20,000 nt of DNA from Chromera velia (Eukaryota), in the NCBI GenBank assembly GCA_018398765.1, contig JAHBMJ010000421.1, positions 108,040 through 128,039 on the forward strand. The letters run 5' to 3'. Position numbers and translations under genes: made by a program. Of this stretch, positions 8,993-20,000 are shown in pieces; the stretch's first letter is position 1, and each line of letters opens with the position of its first letter. The notes beneath the pieces are model-generated. The model ran no database searches and was not told where the DNA came from. It worked only from the letters and a program-made list of their open reading frames with translations.

Positions 8993-11900
8993 ATGCGACT
9001 GGCGCTCTTGTTCTGGTGTCTGACCTCAGGTTGGTACCCCCGTTCCGTGTCAGATCGTTTGAAGCTGCAATCAATTAATGGGCCTTGCGCCAGGAACCCT
9101 TTCCACTGCTTTCCACCTTTTTCTGTTTGCATATTGCAGGCTGTGTGGTTGTGGCGTCAGATAAGGGAAGAAGAGACCTGCAATACTTTCCTCCGAAGAA
9201 GGTTCACGGCTTTGCGAGACTTAATGTGGTGGAGGAGAAGAATCCGATGCCCAAGAGTAATGACACCGAGTGGGAAAGTCTCAGGAGAGCGATGTACGTG
9301 GATGGCATTGTTCTCCCGGAAGACGAGACTAAGACTACCGGAAGTGCACCTTCCTGGAGGAACATGGACGGCATCAACGGTAAGGATTCGTGCATGCTCA
9401 CGCATTCGTGAATGCAGACGTCTCCTTCGTGAATCTGGTTCCGTGTCTTGTTCTGGGTGTCTGTTCCTTGCTTGTGACCGTCCGTGTCCAGTACGTGCAT
9501 GTCGCTTCTTGATTTTCATCGAGCATGCGTGTTCCCTATCACGGCGAAATTTGGTTGCACACGCGTGTTGATTCATGTGTCTCTGCCTTGCAATTGTACG
9601 ATTGCTGAATGTACCTCCTTGGATGTCCTGCAGGTTTGTACGTTGACGGGACTTCTGTGGAGGAAGGGGATCCGCTTTTCTTCTCCGTCATCCTGCGGAA
9701 CCACATGGAGGAAGCCACGATGCTGCACTGGCACGGTCTGACACCTCCAATGAATGAGGATGGTGTCCCCATGCTGACCTCTTTGCCCCTGGAATCAGGG
9801 TCCGAGATCCTGTACGACTTCTCCGTGCCCCAGCGGGGACTGTACTGGATGCACTCGCACTACGGACTCCAGCTCCATTACGGACTTGCCGCGCCCGTCG
9901 TGCTGCAGCATCCTCAGAGCTATCTTGATTGGCTGGGTGTGCAGCAGGACGTGTTGTTTTTCGTTGCAGACAGCTTCGTGCGTGCGGAGTGCAATTTTGA
10001 CTTCAGACTTTACCCCGAAGTCTGCAAGGGAAAGAGGATACCGGACAACTGGGCAAACTACGATATGACAGTCAACAACAGGTCACACAAGCAAACTGCA
10101 GGAGTGATTGAGGAAAGACGGAAGAAAAGAAAGAAAGAAAAGAAAATAAGGAAAAGACGCAGTAGAAGAAAAAGAAGAAACAAGAAGGAAACAAAGAAAG
10201 ATGTGAAGACCTAATGAGGACGGAAAGAAAGACGGGGGAAGCAAGGAAGGAAGGGGTGAAGGGGAGAAGGAAAGAAGAAACGAAGGAAAGAAGAAAGGAA
10301 GGAAGAAAGGAAGTAAGGAGGAAGGAAGGAATGAAGGAAGGAAGAAAGGAAGGAAGGAAGGGGTGAAGGGAGGGAGGGAAGGAAGGAAGGAAGGAAGGGG
10401 TGAAGGGAGGGAGGGAAGGAAGGAAGGAAGGAAGGAAGAAAGAAACAAACAAACAAAGAAAGAAACAAAGGAAGGAAGGAAGGAAGGAAGAAAGAAAGAA
10501 AGGCACGGAGACACGGAGAGAGGGACAGACAAGGGAGGGAGAGACGGAGACGGAAAGAACCTCAGGGACAGAGATAGGCAGAGAGAGGGAGAGGAAGAAG
10601 GAAACGAATTCAGCGAGAGCTGAAGGGAAGGCAGAAGGGAAATCTAACCAGAGTGCATGGAAGGATTGAATGAGCGCCTCTTCTGCTGCAGGTCCATTCT
10701 CGACCCTGCTGTTGTGGAGGTACTGCCAGGGAGTGTGATCCGGCTTCGAACTCTTCATGCAGGTGCAATCGCTCTTTGGAGAAGTCCGTTTGGGGGGTTC
10801 GGGGGAGGGGGGACATCTGACTTTCCGTCTTGTGCTCCTTCTCGTCTACGCTGCTTACATGGCACACTGAATGCACTAGCGTGCGTTGTTTCCACTGTTT
10901 TCTTAGTGACGTATTCCGTGCTTCTTCCCGGACGCTAGATCGCGGAGCTTTGCTTCTGCCCCCATTTCTCTGCCATTTTTTTCTGTTCCTCTCCCATCGT
11001 CCCCCCTCGGCACTTTTAACGTCTCCTCGCTCCCAGAATTAGTACGTGATGAGATCGCATCGGTGCACGCATCGTCTCTTTCTATACCCACAAGGAACGA
11101 TGCATGTCCACTTTGTCTCCCTGCCGGCCTTCCCGCTGATTGCACGTCATGGCACCATCGATCGTCATTCTTCCTTCCTTCCTGCAGTCTCCTGGCCTGA
11201 AGAGCTCGGGAAGGGAGAAGTCGTGGCTGTAGACGGCACAGATGTCGAGAGGGGTGTTTTTGTGGACAGCATACCCCTTGCAAACGCCCAGAGGATGGAC
11301 GTCCTCCTCAAGATTCCTGTCAGTGCTGAAAAGGGTTGGTATGAGATTGTGGCTGACAGAATTACTGGATACTATGCTGAGGGCACGGAGGCCGCAGAGC
11401 GCACAGGAATGATTCTGAAGACCCACGGACCCCATCGGGGCGACCCTATTCAGAGGTCAGCTAGGCTCTGGTCTGAGATCGATCGAGCTAGAGAGAGTTG
11501 ATGTACTGTACACGGAGAAGTCTTACTTCGAGTGTCCTTTGAATTGAAAATATCATACGGTCACTCTCATCACTAAACCTGTGTGAGTAATTCAGAGTTT
11601 GGAGAGGTTTGCGTGGTCGAGAGGGAGCACGAAAAAGGTGCCCTCATTCGATGCATCTCTGCATCACGTGTGCTTGCCTGCATCTGGTTGAATGCAGTAA
11701 ATTTGAAGGAAAACTCAAAGGGTGGATGGATTTGGATCTTGACAAAAGGCTGAAGGCAAAGTTTCCACTGCCTTCCAAGCCAGTCACCCGCGAGCACGTC
11801 CTTCGCCTCACTGGAGAATTCACTGACGACTACGGACCCCAGTTCTCGTTGAACGACGCCCGCTGGTACAATTTTCCTGGGAGGGGGTGGGTGAATCGAA

Positions 11901-14074
11901 AAGAAGGGACTCTCACTTACAAGCGCATCGTTCAGAGCAACATTCCCTGCGAGGCCCTTTGCGAAAAGAAGAACTGGCGGGGAGGTTCCAGGTGCGACCC
12001 TGAGTGGGACTCTGTGCCTCTGGATGAATGTGCGTTCTTCAAAGCAAGTGACGTGCCCCCTCGAAAGAATTCACAGCCCTTGAAGGTGTGTGATGGAGAT
12101 AGGGTAGAGCTCACGATAGTCAACCAGGGATCGCCAAGGACGGGTGGGGACTCCCATCCCATTCACATGCACGGGGCTCACTTCCAGGTAGGTGTTTCTT
12201 TCAGCTTTTCTTTGTTTGCTACTTGCTGCAGTGCGTCCCTTTCTGCTTTTGGGCGCCTGGCCGACTGATCGATCGAGTGTTCTGATTTTTTGTTAGACGA
12301 AGAGTGATGAACGCGTGCATGTCTCGATGCATATTGTTTCATTTAATGCACAGCTATGGAAAGCAAGGAAAAAGGGAAAGACATCAAAGCCAAAGACAAG
12401 CTCTAGAGGAAGCCGAAGTAAAGGGGAGCCGTGCCGAAGGAAAGATAAAAAAGTCGAAGGGAAGTCAAGAAAGAGCACGGCGGGAAGGAAAGGAGGACCA
12501 GTTGGTTGGTTTTGTTGGTTGATTGGTTGGGTGGATAGATGGATGGATGGATGGATGGAGAGATGGATGGATGGATGGATGGATGGATAGGTGGATGGAT
12601 GGATGGATGGATGGATGGATGGATAGATGGATGGATGGATGGATGGATGGATGGATGGATACACGGATGGATGGATGGATGGATGGATGGATGGATTGAT
12701 TGATTGATTGATTGTCAATGAGCCTTTTGCCATCAACAAAGTGGGTCAACAATCTTTCTCTGCAGATTGTGGCAGTGAACGGCACGCGACTTGAGGACGG
12801 TCCTATGCGCGATACCGCGTTCGTGCCTAGGTGGACCAACTTGACCGTGGCCTTCGATGCGGTGAACAACGGCATGTGGCTGATACACTGTCATATGCAC
12901 TTCCATCTTGACCAGGGGATGGCAACGACAGTGGAGTCAGTCAGTCTGTCAGTCAGTCAATCATTGAGTGAGTGAGTGAGTGGGTGAGTGAGTGAGTGAG
13001 TGAGTGAGTCAGTGAATCATTCAGTGAGTCGGGCAGGCAACCAGGCAGGCAGTCAGAGAATAATTATGTTCATTCATTCAGTCAGGCTAAGTTATTTAGT
13101 CACATCAGACAGTCACTGAGTCCCTTCGTCCCTTAGTCCGTCATTCCACTATTCATGGGTTGTCATGCAGTCAGTCGGTCAGTCAGTCAGTCAGTCAGTC
13201 AGTGAGTCAGTCATTGAGTCAGTAAGCCGTGAAGAGAGTACGATCGATTGTCAATTACCTGGACGGTCATTCCTTATCGCGTTTCACTGTGATGAAGTCG
13301 ATGCCCAACAAGTAAGTGATTTTCTGACTGGTCGATCCTTGGATGAGGATGATAATGTTCGGCTGTCTCACAATGCTTTCGGCCACTCGCATTGTGGCTG
13401 CATGCACCACCGTGACAGAGCACATGCTAGAGCATATGATGGCTAGTAGCCTTTATTATTCCGTGCATTCGTTTCGCTGCACTCATGCATGAAGGGTAGC
13501 ATGAAGGTGGTTGCGTCAGGACATATGTGATGGGAGAGTCGTTCTGACTTCTCCAAATGCATTTTGACGCCGTCTGTATGATACTCCAGCAATACTGCAG
13601 CACTCTTGACGATCGATCTCTCTCACAACGTCAATTTGGGCCTCTTCCGAAAACCCGCTTTCCTTTGTGAATGGATGGGTGTGTAGGTGGGGTGCATGCA
13701 TGTGTCAAAGAACAGTTGACGTAGTAACACGAACAAATAAATGCATGTACAGACCAGTGGACGGATGCCATTGGAGGACTTTGGATTCAAATTTTTAGTA
13801 TCTACAATTCATGTTTAATTGTCTTTCTCCGTCGCTTTTTAGCATGTCTTTGCTTCCTGAATTGCGCAGGTACACAAACTCGGAGGAAGACTGCGGAGCC
13901 CGCCGCAATCCAACTCTTACTTTCTCTCCTCTCTCTCCGGCTGAAGAGCTTATCGAGAGTAGAATGGTCCCGCCGTCGGGTGTAAGCTTTATGGAAGCGA
14001 AAGAAAAGAATTATGAGTACCATGCATTTCGATTCCTTGAAAAATTGAGGCAGAGGGAAGAGATTTTGAACTGA
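8993..14074 (+). CDS. Secreted three-domain multicopper oxidase (laccase-like), 649 aa. Exons 8993-9029, 9140-9379, 9634-10081, 10692-10783, 11188-11455, 11698-12187, 12766-12935, 13870-14074.
   Basis: All four Cu-binding motifs are present: HWHG, WMHSH, HPIHMHG and [12 protein letters not shown] (Met axial ligand). All 7 introns are GT-AG and phase-consistent; exons sum to 1950 nt. Signal-peptide-like start [18 protein letters not shown]. The exon-4 donor (10784) is the least certain. Confidence 0.92.
10110..10610 (+). repeat. Purine-rich (GGAA)n/(GAAA)n low-complexity tract in MCO intron 3
   Basis: Directly visible GAAG/GGAA arrays with recurring GGGGTGAAGGGA units. Confidence 0.95.
12500..12713 (+). 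repeat. Compound (GGTT)/(GGAT)n/(GATT)n microsatellite in MCO intron 6
   Basis: Directly visible. Confidence 0.97.
12936..13222 (+). repeat. (GTCA)n and (GAGT)n microsatellite blocks at the 5' end of MCO intron 7
   Basis: Directly visible at 12936-13010 and about 13168-13222. Confidence 0.9.
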
Positions 14075-14179
14075 AATCAACTTGAGGTTCGTATTCTGCA
14101 ATTTCATAGGCCTCGTTCCAGTGTTTCTTTATACATGAGCTTGACTGTGGCCCTGACAGCCGCCGGCTTCCAAGCTAGC

Positions 14180-15230
14180 TTCCAAGTTAAATTTCAATTG
14201 CTTTAATTCTATTTTATGCACACACTCATACATTTGTCTAGACTCCAATGTGTGACTCCATTATTATTATTATTGTTATTAACTATTATTATTATTATAT
14301 CTAGTATTATATATTGTAAAGAACCGAACTGCCTCGTGCGTTGCTGCCGAACGTTAGACGCCTATTCATAGGCCGATGGCGATGGCGTATGATGATGATG
14401 ATATATGATGATGATATATGATCATAATGATGATCATTAAATTTATCACTAGATTTATCAACTTCGATTCCGTACGTTACTTCAAGTTGAAAGTGATTTA
14501 TTTTTTAAAATAAAAAAGACCTAGAAAAAGACGGGGTATGTTAGGGTGACTAGTAGGGTGAAAACGCTAGGAACTCAATCTAAGCCATTTCCATTTTTAT
14601 TAGTAACTTTGCATTCTAGAAGAAACATATTACTATTATAGACATCGTCACCAAGACATGTACTAGTGCATCTCTCTATATATATATATGTATTTTTTTT
14701 TTTTTGCCCTATAATGGCTCCAATTTTATCTAATTTTTTTTTCAATGTTTTTACTCACTTCAATTTGTGTATGAACCAACCACTTCGCCAACCACTACTA
14801 TCACACGGTATAGTAATGGAAACACTCAAATCAAACTAGCAAATCAAATCTATCAAATTATTTAATTAGCCATTTTAAATCATTTTTAATAATATAATAT
14901 ATTAAAGTTTTTTTTTAGTTTTTCTTTCCATCATGATATATATGGGTTAAAATCAGTTATCACTATATTTTTAAACTTTTTAACAGCCTAAGTAGTTGTA
15001 TATACATACGTGCGCGGCGCATGCACACAGTTGTACAAGCGTTGCAAGGTGTTCCACTGGCAGGCAGTCAATTGAAAGAAAAAATATATAGTACAAAGAT
15101 ATTTAAGTTAAAAAAAAAAAAACCTTTCAATTATCTTTGTGACACCTCTATGAAGTTGAGACTTCAAATTGGTAATGCAAGCGCGTGGAGTTGGATGTGG
15201 AGTTAGATAAGACTGTTAGTAGGACAGATC
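14180..15230. other. AT-rich, TpA-rich intergenic island between convergent genes, possible decayed TE
   Basis: Abrupt compositional shift, with (TAT)n and (GAT)n tracts, poly-T/poly-A runs and repeated CTAG. No credible ORF and no clear termini found. Confidence 0.5.
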
Positions 15231-15250
15231 AATGTCTGAGCCTCAAAGAG

Positions 15251-18200
15251 TTATCGCATGCTTTCGCTATCTATGTCCCTTGCCGCTCTTTCCTTTGATA
15301 TCCCTCCTGCGCGTCTTTCAGACTCCCCCTCTGGCACAGCAGTCCGTGACCGAGTGGGCTCCGGTGAGTGAGAGAATGCAGGCGCCTGGGGTGGTGCCTG
15401 TGAAACGGGGGCAGCCGGGCTGCTGAAAAGGACCGGCTCAAAGTCGAAAGCACCAGGGGACCCAGGGGAAGTTCCCCCCCCCCCCCCCCNNNNNNNCCCC
15501 ACCAGCAGCACCACCAGCCGGGCCTGGGGACTGTGCACTTGAGGCGGCGTGAGCAAGTCTGGATGCGGGGGGGATTTTGTGGTTGCTCTCACTTGTTGAA
15601 AGGGGGGGGGGGAGCATTTGCATCTGTATTGATGCTGCTCTCTGCTGGGGAGCTCCTGATACCCCTTCTCTGTCTTTCTCTTTCCCTTCTCTCTGACTGC
15701 TCCGCTGGCTCCACTGACTCTGTTTGAGAGGACTCTGGGTGGACCCTGAGGGGGTTTCCTTCTCTCTGTCTTTTTCTCTCTCTCTTTCCCGCTTCTCGCG
15801 CTCCTCCCTCTCTTTTGATCTCTTGACCAACAACCGTCTGATTGCTTCCCGAAGCTGCCGGCTGACTTCCTCAAGTTCCAGCGGGTCGTCCAGACTCTGA
15901 CGGAGTTCGACAAGACTGCACGCAGGGCGAAGGGAACCGCCAATCATGCATCGATTTTCATCAAATGTATGTCTGATGGTTAATTGTGTGCTCTTTCCTT
16001 TTCTTTTTTCCCATGCACACGCCCAATGGATCTTCAAGAAGAAGGTCGAAAAGAAAGGATCAAGAAAGCACAAGATGAAACAAACCTTGCGGGGACTGAA
16101 GAGAAGAGAAACTGCATGGGGGATGTATGTTTTTTGTCCAGTCGCAACCAACCCGGCATTTTTTCTACATACAAGCGCGTCACGTTCGCGTTTCTCTAGC
16201 ACAGAGCTTTTGTTCACTCGCGTGCATGCAGTGCACGCACGCACACGCGCATAGACAGAAAGCCAAAGTGACAAACAAACCACCCCTGCAGACAACCAAA
16301 AACAACCACTCGCTCACTCACCCGCACCGCTCCCAGTCTTGAACGAAGGCTTCCAAGGAAACTCGGCGAGAGCGCTCATGACCGAGGGAAAGCTCTAGGG
16401 ATGCAACTTGAACCTGTTGGCAAAGAAGAGGGGTGGTCTCAAGGTGTAGCGCATAAGTATTTGATGAGATGAAGAAAACGGGAACCATCACTGTGCTTTT
16501 GCACCTCGAAAACAGAAGGGGGGCACATCTGGAAAGGCAAAGAGTCAGAGTGGCAACCTCCTGCAGTGACACCACGAGTTGCCGATCTTGAGAGGAAATT
16601 TCTGTCTTCCCCCCTGCATGGTCTATGTTGTCCGGTTTCTTTCTTTCTTTCTTTGCCTTTGAATTTTCTGAAAGAGAACGATGACACGCATGGCTTCCTG
16701 ACTAACCTGCAACGCCCGTGCCGTCTCTGCAGTCTGACGTGAAAGCTCGAGGGACTTTTCAGCTCGCTGCTCTGCTGCCTCCGCTTTGGCCTCCAACAGC
16801 TTCTCCAGGTCCTCCTCGCCTCCCCTCTCTTTTCCCGCTGTACCTACACCTGGACTTCCAGAAGACGCCGCTTCTGCTTGGGTCTCTGCGGCCTGTGTGC
16901 ATGCACAGAGGCATTGTGAGAATCATTCAGAGAGGGAGGGCATAGCAGAAGAGGGGATCGATCTTTGCGTCTGCAGCATTCAAAGCGATCAACATGCAAT
17001 CCGTGATAAAAGGTCACTTGAGATGACTCCGCAAGTAAGGCATCTTGCATCTCATTGAGACATTATGATGCGTGAGTGTTGACAAACATGGTCTCGTTGG
17101 TCCATCTTCCTCGTCTAGTCAAATTGACTGACCTTCAAAAGCCGAGCCCTCTCTGTCTGAGCCTCCTGGAGGGCCTCCCCGAGTGCCGCCAGTTCCTCTC
17201 GGAGCTTTGTCAAAGTTTCCGAGTGCTCTCGCTGCACATGCGCAGAAAGATTAGCAGTACACCGGAACGTTACGGCTGTTCAAAAACGTGCGTGAAAGCT
17301 CAACTGGCCAAAAAGTAAAGAAGCTACACGAACAAGAACATGGTGTAGCAGAAAAAGATTCGAACTTTGGATGTTGTCCTCAGAAAAAAAGCAGCGCAGG
17401 CGCCTGCACTCCAATACTTCTCTCCTGAAGGAAGAGAAGAACAAAGCTGAACCTCACCCGAACCCAAAATATCGAGACACTGTGTCTATACACTCACATC
17501 TTAATACAGATAGATCCTTTATGAGAACGCCTCAATGACATGCAGTCGACACAATCCTACGCGACAATCACCCCTACCCTTTTGCCCCCCCCCCCCCCCC
17601 CCCCNNNNNNNNNNNNNNNNNNNNNNNNNNNNNNNNNNNNNNNNNNNNNNNNNNNNNNNNNNNNNNNNNNNNNNNNNNNNNNNNNNNNNNNNNNNNNNNN
17701 NNNNNNNNNNNNNNNNNNNNNNNNNNNNNNNNNNNNNNNNNNNNNNNNNNNNNNNNNNNNNNNNNNNNNCCCCCCTCCCTCCCACACCCGCGCTCGACCT
17801 GACTGACTGACTGACTGACCCTCAAGTTTGCGATGGCTCGATATTTGTCCTCAGACGCTTGCCGTAATTGCCTCAACAACTCCGCCTTGCTGAACGCAGA
17901 TCGATCGAAGGGTCAGAAGGACAGGAACAACAAACAAAAACAGATGCAGATGTACACAGAAGAAGTGAACAGCGACACAGTCAGATTCTATCTTCACAGC
18001 AATGACAAAAAAAAAAAAGAAAAGAAAGGAGAGCAGCAGACTGTCGTGATAGAAACTTCCGCTGAGATCACTGTGGAAACAATTCAGCCTTGCAGATGGA
18101 TGGGGAGACGGCCATCTTAAATGCAAACAAAGAAGAAGGAAGGGCAGCAGAACGGAAGCACAAGGGGTAAGTAAGTGAGATGAAAGAGACACACAGAGAG

Positions 18201-19322
18201 AAGAGAAAGAGAAAAGCCCACCTACCTCGACACGAAAGCGTTGACGACTTCTGCATTCTCCTTCGACAGTTCCGCCACTGCGGGTGGTTTCTCCAAAGCC
18301 TGGCTCAAAGCAGTAGCAGCTGCAGGCAGGAATCAGCCAAGTGAAGAGGGTTAATGATGGTCGAAGCTGAAGGTTGATCGAAGGACAAAAAAGAGAGCAG
18401 ATGCAGAAGTGAACTCTTTACAAAGAATTCACGGAGTGAGTCTGGTCTTGTTCTTCATCACACTCCTGATGCCGAATCTCTCCAGTGATCACTACAATCT
18501 TGACAAGATGATTGCTGCTGCATCCACCCCAACTCGTGCGTGTGCATTGAATGAATGCGTGACTGTGTTCTTGTGCTTGCCGACTCTGACTGACCCCTTG
18601 AGACCTCTGCAGCCACTGAGTTGAGCGCCCCCCTCTCCCTCTCGTTTGCAGCCACCTGAAGAAGCCTGGCGTCCTCTTCTGCTGTCTGCCCCTTCTTCTT
18701 GTCTCCTGAACTCTCTTTCCCTTCCCTCCCTGCCCCCCCCATTCTCTCCAGTTTCGAGAGAAGCTCGGCCTTCTCTGCCTCCAGACGCATGACTGCCTCG
18801 CGACCTGAAAATTCCGCCGCGCCTGCGCACAAAAAAAGAAAGCGGAAGAAGGAGGAAAACGCACCAGGAAACAACAGTCCTGTCTGTGCTCTCTTCGGAA
18901 AGTGCCTATTGCCTCTCTTTCCCAGCTGAACGAAGACCTTAGAGAAATGCTCATTCGATTCACCGTGCCCAAAGAAAGAGAATTACAAAAAACGAACAGA
19001 AGGTGAGGATTGCTCTTCCATACAGAGAGAGGACAGAACAGGGCATTTTTTCGGGGGATTCACAGACTACTTTATGGGCAGATCGATGATCAAATCGGGA
19101 CAATGTTTGCACATTGTTTCTTTCTCTCCTGCATAGACAATAAAGCGATTTGTTGCGAGAGGGGCACGTTGTTCGTTTCCCTTCTTGGCGGATTGACTGA
19201 CTGACTGACTGACTGAGTGCTGTCTGGAGAGCATTTGAACTTTTTCGAAGTTTCCGTTCCTTCTCTTCTGCAGCGTTTGCGCGCTCCCTCTCGAAGTTCG
19301 TGTGGCGTCTCTCCTCTTCGAC
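15251..19322 (-). CDS. Coiled-coil protein of unknown function, 3' exons: 19322-19214, 18822-18595, 18319-18226, 17889-17820, 17231-17133, 16892-16707, 16413-16328 (or 16322), 15915-15251. The 5' end lies beyond the window.
   Basis: Chain of phase-compatible GT-AG exons giving E/R/K/A/L-rich helical sequence (VEEERRHTNFERERANAAEEKERKL…; REHSETLTKLREELAALGEALQEAQTERARLLK). The last exon crosses the N gap at 15490-15496, where the frame is ambiguous; the stop at 15251 assumes the gap is mis-sized. Confidence 0.8.
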
Positions 19323-19325
19323 CTG

Positions 19326-20000
<675 letters not shown>

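Noticed and set aside
10072..10758. Hydrophobic FLPS-repeat ORFs, and IHPS-repeat ORFs at 12293-12875
   Set aside because: Translations of intronic GGAA and GGAT microsatellites.
11037..11114. Micro-exons in MCO intron 4 (e.g. GTMHVHF)
   Set aside because: The 11115-11187 intron would shift the frame. The donor at 10784 gives [13 protein letters not shown], which fits the expected domain-2 length without extra exons.
15438..15500. Frameshift or programmed recoding in the last exon of the coiled-coil gene
   Set aside because: Coincides with an N gap inside a poly-C run, so most likely an assembly artefact.

Overview
Eukaryotic, intron-rich genomic window from a draft assembly, with N gaps at 15490-15496, 17605-17769 and 19360. 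The intron style, microsatellites and abundant TGCATG suggest an alveolate, probably a chromerid such as Chromera (inference). Five protein-coding genes were reconstructed by hand from phase-consistent splice sites: (1) the 5' part of a probable URB2/Npa2 nucleolar protein (minus strand, runs off the left end); (2) a single-exon Shr3-like ER membrane protein ending in KKER (3081-3581); (3) a 477-aa fusion of a thioredoxin-like [2Fe-2S] ferredoxin with a cytochrome-b5-reductase/FNR-type flavoreductase, containing a GC-AG intron (minus strand, 8438-6439); (4) a divergently transcribed 8-exon, 649-aa secreted three-domain multicopper oxidase resembling proteobacterial enzymes (8993-14074); (5) the 3' exons of a large coiled-coil protein (minus strand, >19322-15251). 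Two AT-rich, TpA/CTAG-rich islands (about 4140-4930 and 14180-15230) look like hypermutated transposon relics, and the first holds a candidate hAT-type MITE. The best candidate for an undescribed system is the head-to-head Fe-S flavoreductase / multicopper oxidase pair; its functional link is inference only.
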